Assembly: GCA_010405405.1 (NCBI GenBank)
Contig: MU004238.1
Location: 1,685,530-1,749,529 of the forward strand
Reading direction: 5' to 3'
Source: Microthyrium microscopicum
Taxonomy: Eukaryota
Length of the DNA: 64,000 nucleotides
Under the pieces are notes generated by a model that saw only the letters and a program-made list of their open reading frames with translations, had not been told where the DNA came from and ran no database searches. The position numbers and the translations under genes were made by a program. How positions within the stretch are numbered: the first letter of the stretch is position 1; the number at the start of each line of letters is the position of its first letter. This document shows, in pieces, positions 36,920 through 48,328 of this stretch.

Positions 36920-39900
36920 CTATTTTGGGCTGGCTAGATAGTCGGCGGCCTGTAACTCAAGTTAGCTAGGCGTCCATCAAGGCATAAAGTCTGTCAGAGG
37001 TGGCTTACCTTATTCAAATCGTAGTCAAACTTTTCCAGAGCGTTTAGTGCTAGGGGCCGTGGATGTCCCATGGAGGTCAATCGCTTCAGTATCGGATCAT
37101 CATGCTCAGTGCCTGTGGAGATTGCGCTGGACAACTTGGGGCGAGATGAAGGTGGCTGTGGGGCTTCTGGGAACGCTGGGCCGTGATCATCAAAGTCTTT
37201 GCCTCCAAAATGTACATTAAGTGACTGGCCGGCATTGGGAGGGGAAGGTGCGGTCAGAGGAGCTCCAGATGACGATGTTGGTGGCATGGGAGCCATTGGG
37301 GGCATCGGTGCTGAGGGAGGCGTGCCCGAGTGATCTTCATCTATGCCCTTGAACATGGCGTCCCAATCATGAGGTGAACCAGCAGTAGCAAGTTTGCTCG
37401 ATGGCCCTGAAGAAGATGAAGGTTTGGCACCAAAGTTTGATTCAAAGTCGTCAAACGCGTTGTCGTTGGAAAAGGCTGACTTGGGAGCGCCTGAGCCAGT
37501 GGCAGTGCGATCGGATAACGGCTTCGACTTGGACATGCTTGCTGTCGGGCTGTCAAAGGAGGGGATAAATTCGTGGTCATCTCCATGGCTGGAGTCAAAC
37601 AGAAGATCATCGTTATCTTGTTCATCGGCTTCCTTTGCATCAGTAAGATTATCAAAACCACTGTCAAAATCATCGAAAGCAGAGGGAGCCATTGGCAACT
37701 TGCTGGGGGCTTGAGCTGTAGAAGATGTGGCGTCTGTCAATGGAAAGTCCTGATCAGTACTCTGGTGGGATACCGCGGATTGATATGTATCAGATCGATT
37801 GGATGTTCGATTGGTTTCGGGAGGAGAGGTAGAAGTAGAGTACATACTTGCTGATGGTCCACCGGCTACTTTTGGTCCCGATGGAGGGCCGAATAGATCT
37901 TCACCTCTAGAGCCACTTGAAGGTGCACCAAATGCGCGATCTCCAGACAGCTGCTTGGGTAGCGGAGCACCAAAATCGGGGCCTCCTGAACTAGAAGGAG
38001 GGTCGGGGGCCGGGAAACCTTGGAACATGGAGTTGAAGTCTTGAGAAGACGATCCAAACCCACGCTCCGTGTCATTATTAGGTTTCTTGGAAGGAGGGGA
38101 GGCCTTGGTAAAGTCATCATCAAAACCACCAACATCAGATTCGCTATCCTCTCCAACATCGGTTTCTTTGATTGGCGGAAATTCGTCTTTGCTCTTAGGC
38201 TTCGACGACGGCGCTGGGAACTCATCCTTAAGAGGCGGGAACTCGCTGTTGAATTTGTCTAAAGGATCGTTACCTCCATTGATGGGCGCGTCAGTGGGTC
38301 TCTTTCCTTCTTTTCCGAGCGACGCAAACGCATCGTCAAATTCACTCTTGCCACCAGCTTGTCCCTGTCCGGAGGGGAATGAAAATGGGCCACCACGAGG
38401 AGGTTCCGGGGCTTCTGGTTTCGCACTGTCCCTGCTTTGATCGGTGAAAGCACTGGTGCCAGTGTAGTTTCTCTCCACTGCAGGGGGAGCACCAAAAGGA
38501 CTAGCATCTTTAGTCGAGGACATGCTTTGGAAGAGGTCTGAATGATCTTTATTTGCAGGCTTAGACGCCTCACTTCTCAAGCTAGCAACGGGAGAAGATG
38601 TCTTGTCAAACATGCTTGCACCAGTGCTTGTAGGTCCCCTAGCAGCTTGGACCGATGAAGTCTGGGGAGATGATCCAACATTGGTGGGAGTACTAAAGTC
38701 ATACCTGCTGGAGGGTGTCTCGACTCGAACCGAGGTAGCCAAAGAATCCGACTCCGAGGGCTTCTCGAGTGGGAGATCTTTGGATGTCATTTGTCGAGAT
38801 ATAGGTGCCATGGGAACCTGGGGCGACTCCTGATACGCAGAAGCAGAAAGCGGCGGAGAAGTAGAAGGAGTTGGCATGTCGGGCTCGGATGATCGTACAG
38901 ACGAGCCAGGTGGGTGATTAAAGGCGTCGCGGAATGATGTAGATGGTGCTGTGGCCGTGGAAGGGCTAGAGAATGTGGTGGTATTGAAAATATTCTCATA
39001 CTTGTTTGATTCATTAGACATGGTTCGAGAAAAACCAGAGGGCGTCATTGTGTTATCAACAGAGGTCTGTGGCGAACGTCTCATAAATGGATTGGTTGAG
39101 CTTGACGAACCTGATGTTACTTCGCGCGATGCTGGAGGGCGAGAGGCGGCTTGCTGTTGTATTTCATTCATCTCGGATTTCATCTTCTCTAGCTGTGCTT
39201 TCTCTTCGTCGAGCTTTTCGGCCTGCTTTTTCTGAATGGCTACCATTCCCTTTTGATGTCGAAGTTCAGATTGCATCTTCTCAATCTCGGGTTGTGCTTG
39301 ATTGATGTACTCATTCATCTGGCGAAGTCGATCCTTCAAAGAGGCGTTTTCAGCTTTTGTTGACTCAAGGGTAGTCGAAACTTGATGGTGTCTTGTTTGA
39401 ACATCCTGGAAGGAGCTTTGAACCATGGAGATTTGCTGGCCGATTTTGGATGCCTCGGTTCGCTCTGCAGTGAGTTGATCCTCAAGGGTTTTCAATGCTT
39501 TAACTTCCTGTTCGTACTGAGAGCGGAATTGTTGGAGGCGCAACTCCATGTCTCGCTTCTGCGTAGAGCTACTGGCTAATTCACTCTCAGCTGATTGTTT
39601 TTTGGTATGGACGGCTTGCATTTGTGTTCGCAACATACTCATCTGATTGGACATATCTGCAAGATCTCCAGTTTCCTGTGTAAGCTTTTTACTTGCTGTC
39701 GGATCATGATCGGACAAAAGATCACTCATGGGGTTGGCCTGCTTCTGAGAAACACTTGGGGATGATCCAGTAGAAGCGCCGGTGTTCTGAGTAGCAAGAG
39801 TTTGACCAAAACTTGACGATGGAGCGAAAGACTTGAAAAATGTGTTAGCGCCGGCAGTGTTCTGATTGCCTCTTGGGTTGAAGTTTTGTGACGATCCAGG

Positions 39901-41410
39901 AGAGCTAGCAGCTGGGCCGAAAGGATCCGACTCTACTGGTCTATTCAGAGGAGCAGACTCGCCAGTGTTTTGCTCCTTGACCGGTGCACCTGGCGATGAT
40001 GTAAGTGCATCTAACCCAAACAAGTCTTCGGCGTGTGACTTTGGAGGCGCTGGAGCTGGAATAGGTGCTTGCTGAGGTGCGGCAGGATAGGGAAGTCCAG
40101 TAGACTGCGGCACCACCTGTCTCATGCTTGGGGGAATCAGATTTGGAGGCAGCTCAGTTGGCAGGTCAGATTGTTGCTTGCCACGTTGGTTGCGAATCAA
40201 ATACATTGCAACTGCAAATTCGTCGCGGTTGAGCTGGTCAAGTCGACGGATATTGGCTAGATCCCAAATAGCGGCAAGAACTTCAGACGGCAATCCAGAG
40301 TCCGAGAAGAACTGAACTGCCTGTTCTCCAGAGATATGATTCTGTCGTAGCGTATCGACCTTGTCAAAGAGTTCATCATACGATGTTTTTTCTCGGGGAC
40401 CGATGGCCCACTCGGCAGCTGGGGGAGGCTGAGAAGCGAACGGCCGTGGCTGTTGACCCGACCGCATGGAATTAGAGCCACTGGCTTGTCTAGGAATCTG
40501 CTGGAACTCTCCAGGACGCGCCAAAGGTGACCGAACAGGGGCGTTTCCTGGTCGTCGAGAGGCGGCTTCATACAGCCCAGGAGGTATTGTCGGAGGAAGT
40601 TGGGTTAGTGTCTTCGCTTTGTACGAGGCCAAAAGATGCATGGCGATTATAAATTCAGTCAAGTTCAGAGACCCTCGTTGTTCTGTGTCCACCAGATTCC
40701 ATATTTGAGCTAGAATCTCACCGGGCAAGCCGGAAAGTTCAAAGGATGTACGCGCAATGTCTCCTGGCAACAGTCCATTTTGTGCGCCAGCCCGGTCAAA
40801 CAGTCGCATATATTCTTGAATTCGATCTGGTGTAAGAGGAGGCACACGAATGGGTCCGCTATGCTGGGATGTAATGGCAGCCGGGGGAGGGAAGCTAGCG
40901 CCACCTGTTGGCTGCATATTGATGCCATCAAATTTGGGTAGAGGACCAGGACTCAAGGCTATTTCCGGTCTTAGAGTGATGCCGGGACTGGCTTGATATT
41001 GGCCAACTAATCGCATGGCCTTTGCAAAGTCTTCCTGGACAAGAAATCCGCGGTTTTCAGTATCAGCCATAGCCCAGATCTGTTACCGCATGTCAGTATT
41101 CCCGTGTGTGATATCCAGTATATCTCGAGTCTCGACATACTTCTGAAAGGACTTGCTCGTTCAATCTTGAGCGCTGAAACATGCGAACTGCTGCTTCGCC
41201 AGTAACTATTCCTGATCCTTCGGTGTCACATTCGCGGAATAGGCGGCCAAATAGTTGACGCTCATCGGGGGTATAGTTTTGCTTGGAATTTGGCAGGCTG
41301 CCGGCTGCAGGAGAACGGAGTTAGCTTAGGATCTAGCGGAAGCAAAGCATGCAGCTTGAAGTAGGTAGCAGAAACGGAGAGAACGTACATTTAGATAGAG
41401 GATCAGCCAT
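36920..41410 (-). CDS. EDE1: EH-domain/UBA endocytic scaffold Ede1 (Eps15-like)
   Basis: ATG at 41410, short 5' exons, large exon of about 41080-37009 and last exon AADYLASPK* ending at 36920. Three EH domains, coiled coil, NPF/DPF motifs and C-terminal UBA (LTSMGH...ALEKFDYDLNKAADYL). Confidence 0.88.
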
Positions 41411-42135
41411 ACTGGCGCTGGAGGGACAAAAACGGGCTTGAAGATGACTGGATGTTGCGAAAGGTTGTGAACCTCTTGAAGGTCAGGTAGAAGGCAGCGC
41501 AAGCAAATGCAGTCAATGAAGGTTGGTAACACGAGGCCTAAGGCCTAACAGTATTGGTTTCGGCAGTAGGATGCGCCGGCCGAGGGACTGTTTGGTAAAG
41601 TCGAGATTATTGAATGAAGATGAACAAGTTGAGGGTTTTCAGACGGGAAGAAAGTGAAGTGAAGATGCGGAAAGAGCAACCAGCCATGCGAGCACAGACC
41701 AGGCAGCTTCGACCGTAGAGAGGGAAAGCACGATCCCACAGCGACAAGAACTCGGAGGGCAGGCAGGTTGGAAGGCTGGACTCTTTACAACACCAACCAA
41801 TTACCTGCGAACACAATGCACTCGCCCACTTCAATATCCAATAATCTGATGGCTGCACCATGCTCTTTTGAGCTTCTCCATACTCTTCCCCGCTCTGTAA
41901 ATGCCAGATACTTCAGAGCTGCGTCTTTCTATCAAGTAAAACCAAGCAGGCAATGCGATCATTATCAACGACAACAGTTTACCATTCTCGTATGAGCCAT
42001 CTTACACAATCCATCGAGGGCTTCTCAAGGTCTTACTCCCTCAGTGAGCAATATAGGATCTATAGCCTAGGACTTCAAGTACCTACAGTAGTACGGATTA
42101 TAGGTTGTTTGTCAAGTGTCAACGATGATAAGTAC

Positions 42136-42348
42136 CAACGGCATGGCAAAATAAATGGCGTACTCCCATCAACTCTGATGGCGCCCAGAGGCTACGGTCT
42201 GTTATTAAGTGCTTTATCTGCCATAAAGGGCGTTCGGATTGGGAGTATTTATCAGATACGATGGGAATTAAAGCGCCTTTTGGTTAGCAGCGCTGGTGGT
42301 AGCCATCAGAGTTGATGGGAGTACGCCATTTATTTTGCCATGCCGTTG
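42136..42348. mobile_element. MITE, 213 bp, perfect 47 bp TIRs
   Basis: 42136-42182 is the exact reverse complement of 42302-42348; flanked by the direct repeat AAGTAC (42130-42135 and 42349-42354). Confidence 0.85.
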
Positions 42349-42509
42349 AAGTACCATCTCTCGCCCATCATTTTCAACAGTGGAATATCACAGCTCGCCT
42401 AAAATTCGCCATACAGTTAGAGTATACAAGATTTGTTCTAAAGGCTTAAAACTGATGTCTCTCATAGACTTATACTACTATTATCTCTAAGATTGTTATT
42501 ACCTGAATG

Positions 42510-43255
42510 TCAAGGCGCAGAAACCCTTCGATGGTTCGTACCACTCTTCATGTTCCCCAGCGCCAATATCAAAACTCTGCAGAAATTCACAATATCACTA
42601 TCACCCTCGGATTCAAGCCCTTTCAAGATCTCCACATGGCGCTGACTTAAAGAGGTTGTAAACCAACGACAAAAACCTTCTTCTTCAATCACACCACATC
42701 GTAATGCCTCCAGAGCAACTTTAACCAAGTCTTGGATGTTCCGTGTCGGTTCATGGAGGTTACGAAGTATAATGACACATAGATCTTTGAGCCTAATGAC
42801 TTGAGGTTAGTCATGGCCAGCAAAGCAGGAGGTACTACCACAAGTTTGAAGAACTTACGCCAATGATAAAGCCAACTTGTATAGCCGGATGAAGAACACA
42901 GCGTCGTGTTTTTCGGACAGTAGAACGAATGCGCTATCGTCGTATGCGTGCTTTAAATAGTCAATCACCACTTCTACGATATCTCCTTCGCTGTTTAATG
43001 TCAAAGTCCCGGGTCCGTTCCTCGTCAAGCCTTCAGGTATCGTATCGGGGTTTTCAAGATAACCTTCTAGAACAGGAGATATGTTTAAGACGTTTTGAGG
43101 AACAGTAAATAGTGTTCTGCTTTCTGGATTCGCCCAGGGACAAGCAAATACTGGTATTGATCTGGAAGTAACAAGTTAGCAATAGTATTGAAGACAGACC
43201 CAAGTTTCTAAACTTACTCTTCAATATATAAGTGAGCAGCTGCATTTCCCATCAT
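42510..43255 (-). CDS. Small 3-exon hypothetical protein, possibly BTB/POZ-like
   Basis: ATG at 43255 and two GTAAGT...CTAAC...AG introns give a continuous frame: FTVPQNVLNISPVLEGYL...VEVVIDYL...FIRLYKLALSLALKDLC. The pattern is reminiscent of fungal BTB domains. Confidence 0.6.
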
Positions 43256-44084
43256 GTCAGTAAGGATTGGGGAGATATCGAAGTATTGGTAGCGATTCTC
43301 TTGAAATAAAATTGTTTGTAATGATTATGGTGTCGTAAGATAAAGATACAAATTGATCAGAACTACATAATCATTAATGGTTTATATGCTCCTCAATTTT
43401 GATATTGGAGCTACCCCGTCGATATCCAAGCCACGATGACTTCTTGAAACCAGCGATAAATCGGCGCTTAGATTGTTGAAGTGATGGTAATGCTGAAACT
43501 TCCCTGCTAATGTGGTCAATACCTAGGTAGGTACCATTGGTTACATTTGGGCGGCACAACAAAACAGTGATAAGAACGAGAGATCCAAGCCTCGACTGCG
43601 AGGCTGGTACTGTATTAGCCTATAAGTTCCCAGTATTTTCCTCGAAGGATTAGGAACTGGCAAAGGGACTTATCTGTCAAACCACTTTGATAACCCAACA
43701 ACACCCTGGAACTGGCATATCTGCACTGCCACATTGGAGCACTTGCAACCGAGCTTACCAAACCATGATCTGGTGAGAAGAAGTAGTTGAAACAATCTGA
43801 AGCCGCTCGATTGAAGATGGCGCTAGCTTTTCCTAGCCACGATCCCATCAGATGATACTGTAACCCAACAAGCGTTGATTATATCGCATTATTCTACATT
43901 TATAGAACAGGCCGATCAGGAGGAGTGTTTGAGATTATAACTACAGCCGCCGATAGAGAGTTGGAAGCACCGTCATATCCGTACTTAGTGGAGAGTATCG
44001 TCCCATGGATTCCATATCCATAATGCACGCATTGCAACCATAACCGCAAAATACAACGCCACGCAATGCAAATCATCTTAATCC

Positions 44085-44978
44085 TTAGGACCTTCTCTGT
44101 CCATGGCCATTACCATCTCTATCCCTGTTATCACTATCACAAATCGCCAGCTCAGGAACCTCCTCTTTCTTCCCCCAAGCCTTGCCCAACAACCAATCCG
44201 TCACACTGATCACTCTCGCCGTCTCCCAATTATTACGTTCTTCGACATGCTCGATAGTATGGCTACTGATGCGTCCTTCACCGTCAAATTCGAATATAAA
44301 AAGCCCGTGGAACTCATGCTGTTCCGCGTACGCTTTGCTTTGCCCACGGCCTAGGATTGCAATCATCTTCTTAATCTGTTCTGTGACATCGCCGCGTGTC
44401 TTGACACAGGTTTTCCATCGCACTACTAACTTCTCGCTCCCTTCTTTGCCATGGCGCATCATGCGCTCGGAGAGAATTATTAGTTTGACATTGCCTAGGA
44501 CTGGCATACGACCCCAGGCTACTGGCGATGTCCATAGCGCTGCTGTGTATGCGATGCGTCCGGTGACGCTCGGCAGATGTGGGTGTGTTGAGGGAAAAAG
44601 GCGCAAAGTGATTTGAGGGGAGAGTATGTCCTGAGGTAAGGGGGTAGCGAGGAGGGTCGGTAAGCGTTCGTGAAGAGTTCGAATGGCTAGAAGTCACACT
44701 AATCAGCTTCGAAACCTTCCTCTCATAACTAGAGCGGAGAACGTACTTTTGCCTAGCTTTAGCTTGCGCTCATCTACAGGTTTATGATCCGGCGCGAACT
44801 TGTGTACAGACGAACTGCTGAACCAAACGTTCGAAGCGTACTCGCCATGATCTCTCACGTTAGCCAGATATCGCTTCGAGGTGGTTTGAGGTAGTAGGCG
44901 GACAATGCTGGCTGGACAAGGCCGGGTGGCAGAATAAAGCTGTCCGCGGAGACTACTACAAGTTGCGAGTCTCCGCAT
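44085..44978 (-). CDS. Conserved fungal protein with mitochondrial-like presequence (MMU163/Mug163-like)
   Basis: Arg-rich N-terminus MRRLATCSSLR; one intron (~44745-44700); motifs LFPSTHPHLPSVTGRIAY and FHGLFIFEFDGEGRI. Family name is recalled, not searched. Confidence 0.6.
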
Positions 44979-45450
44979 CAGCTCGGTTGGAGCAGAGACA
45001 TCGATAGCTCGACAAAGAACCGAGAGATCAATAGAAGTCTGGAGCTGTATTGATTATGAGTGATGTTTGGAAGAAATCTCAAGAGTCATCCGATCGATTG
45101 GACTATCAAACAACTTTTGAAGGACTCAAATCCGGTCTGAACCAGGCCTTAGTAAGAGTGAGGTCATTGGCTATAACTTGCTGCAAGGCTAGCTGCAAAC
45201 GCTAGTCTCTATTCTGTCTAGCGTATATTTATGTTGACAATACTCGCGTTTGCGTCTACTAGGTATGTTTAGATTTTCGATATGTCGATTAAAGATTATC
45301 TTAAACAAGTCTCCATATGATCGCTTAGTAGCAGCTCTCTTGAGATCAAACCACCCTGAACGCCATCAAAGATGTTGTCCTCCTGCATTGCCTGCCTTCA
45401 GCCGAGAGTCTAACAAATCAAAAGTGATCATACAATTTGAATAGCAATGA

Positions 45451-47368
45451 TTACACCTTCTCGCTAACATCATGTTTCTCTTGACCGGCTGTGCGTTCGG
45501 TGGGAGGTGTAGCCGGTCCACTCTCCTCGTCTGGAAATCGAATGCTTCTGTTCCAAAAGGCATTTCCAGTCTCCAAGTTCGGGTTACGCCCAGTGACATT
45601 TCCTTCCTCTGGAGTTCCGGTGCCGTTTTTAGGACTATGAGCGCTTGCGCTGTCTCCTAGATGGGCCGGTATGGGAGTACCAATTTTCCATCCACGTGGA
45701 GGTGTGGGCACACGAGATGTTCCACCATGTGGCGAACCGCTGGTTCCGGTTCCGTCGGTACCAGCAGGACGATTTCGCTCAAAGTCAAGGTTTGTTTCGG
45801 ACATTTCTGAGATGGCCCTCGAGAGCGTACGCGGGATGTAGAAACCAAGTTTGCCTAATGGGATTGACAGGCCATGGACGAACTGCTATGGTCAGCGGTT
45901 TGATGGGAAAGTTATTGATGGGTATACATACCACGCTACAAACCACAGAGAACCAGATAACGATTCGTAGAATCTCTTCTAGCCTTCTGGCATCATCTCT
46001 CTCTTCACCTTCATACTGAATATTCTTCCTCAGCCAATCTATTGTGACGTAGAGATAGAACAGTGCAGACACCCCGATTGGACCGAAAAACCCAACGAAC
46101 ATAGCCTGGCGAATGTGTTCGATTTGATGAATTCTTTTGTGCATCAGTAGGACAACCGGAGGTCGTCGAAACAGTAATATCATGATACCAAGAGGGACCA
46201 AACGATATAATGGAATGACAGAATTATGAGCGAACTCATACCAAGGTGCGGTAGCTCCAATCCAGATGAAGAATGCGACGTTGAGAAGCATGTCAATCGT
46301 CGGCTGCAGTGAGTCGTCCTCAGTCTCTACTCGAAACCAGTCACTACAATTGTCAGTAAAGTCTACCTAGAGAAGCAATCGATGAGCTTACTCCCATGTA
46401 AAGGTGTTGCCAGCAATGAAACAAGCCAGAACATCATCGGTGCCTATCATACCAGCAGTGCCCACGATGAATAGCTAGAGCAGGGTCAGTCGAGGTTCTC
46501 CTACTAAGAAGCTATCGAACTTACCGCTACTGCAATTGCAAACACCAAGAAACTTTCACGATCTACATATTTGTTCTTCTCGGCCCAGTGAAGTAGCTCT
46601 TTGGCAAGCCAGCCCACTACAGCCCCGTATATGATCCCTAACAGAATCTCGTATACCCAAATTTCGTACATCCACATCCCAATCGCCGTGCCGGCATTTC
46701 CATGTGAGCCTCTACCACCTTCCAGAACGAACTTGATGAGATAAAGCGCAAAGAATAGAAATGGATAGCCTAGTCCGTCATTGGCTCCACTTTCCGCAAT
46801 GATGATGCGCTGCAGTTCCCGAGGAATGTTCTTGTCTGCGAACTTGCCCTTGACGATGTTGTTGGCAAGTACGGGGTCGGTGGGCGTGATACATGCCCCG
46901 ACTGCCATGGCATACAGAATTGTCAGGTTTGGTACCATTGCCCAAATCAGAAAGCTTGATAGTAGCCACATGCCAATCATGCCAGGGCCTAGAAGGTAGG
47001 CGAGTGATCGCCATTCGAGCTGCAAGTATTTACTAGGCAGTTGAACGCCGGCGATGAAAAGCTGAATTCCCAGAACTAGGCGAGAGAAGTCGAGCGTAAT
47101 CGTATTGAGTGTCTCTTCGCTGCCCAGAGCATACTCTAATGGGCGAATGAGATTGGCGGCATGCGGTGAGAATATGACGCCAGCTATGGTTGAGATAACT
47201 GTACGGAAGATTAGTGAATTATAATTCAGGTAGGAAGTTCTAATACTCACGGGTTTCAGAGAGGTAAAACTTCTCTTTGAACAAGAACGATATCAAGCCA
47301 AAGAGCGCAATGAATGCTCCCAGGGTGGCGCAGACAATGTTGAAACTGACAACAGCAAGAGTTGGCAT
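45451..47368 (-). CDS. Plasma-membrane Na+(K+)/H+ antiporter, Nha1/Sod2 (CPA1) family
   Basis: Multi-exon; start MPTLAVVSFN. Motifs KEKFYLSE, TPTDPVLA, AESGANDGLGYPF, GTDDVLACF and GFFGPIGV. Confidence 0.88.
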
Positions 47369-48328
47369 ATTGGTGACAAGATTGAGACAAAGAGTAGCTA
47401 GTCGACACCCAGACACGAGCCTGGATAAGTAATTACTGTTATTGAATCATGTGGATAATTGAGATATTGTTCATCAGCACTTCTCATCGACGTGGAGTTT
47501 GGCGGAAGTAGAGGGACTGCGATCACTGATCTTTCACCTCAGTCGTGACTTTTGAGCTACCAGGACGGGGTACGACAATAAGCTGAAAATGCAAGATGGA
47601 AGAGGCAAGTTAAGGCGATTTTGGTGTCAAAAGCCAAAATCTGGGGAGAAAAGAAGAAGAGAGGATTACACAGGACGCGATTGGGGCTCAAGAAGCTTTA
47701 AGGCGTGAATTTGGTTGGTGATCAGCAGGGATGCGCCGGATAGCAACCATTACGACAGAAAACCAAGACTAACTTTTCTTTCTGTCCCTCTCTCGGATAC
47801 TTTTCCGACTTAACCAGCGGATACTTACCAGACCTGTGCCCTGCCTTGAGTCCCCGGGTCCAGTTTTCAAGTTTTGAAGTACTCTAAAAGACGCAATCAT
47901 TGACTCAGTCTTCGCGTTTCATTTGGTGATGAGCAAGTCCTTCCACCTCGCGCAAACACAAACCTTTAGGCAAAGGATCTTATCTCAAGAGATGGGAAAG
48001 AGACATATTGCCAAGGTCAGCCAAGGCAGCCAAGCTACTCTATAGATCATGTTGAGGCAAACAATGGACTCATCAACGCTACGATTATCTAGAGCACTTG
48101 TCAACTGTAAGTATTCTCTACGCAATCGTGAACTTACACCACTTCAGCCAACTGTTTTTCGTTACCGAGTACACCAAGAGATCATTGTTTGATTTGGCTT
48201 CAGCCTTAAGCTGATTCATGAAAATTGTCAAACTCTATCAAATTCCAAACGATTGCTAAATTACATTGTATGATGCTCTCCACCCGACTTTGGTACTCCG
48301 TCGACCTCCAAAGAAAAGTCAGATCCTC

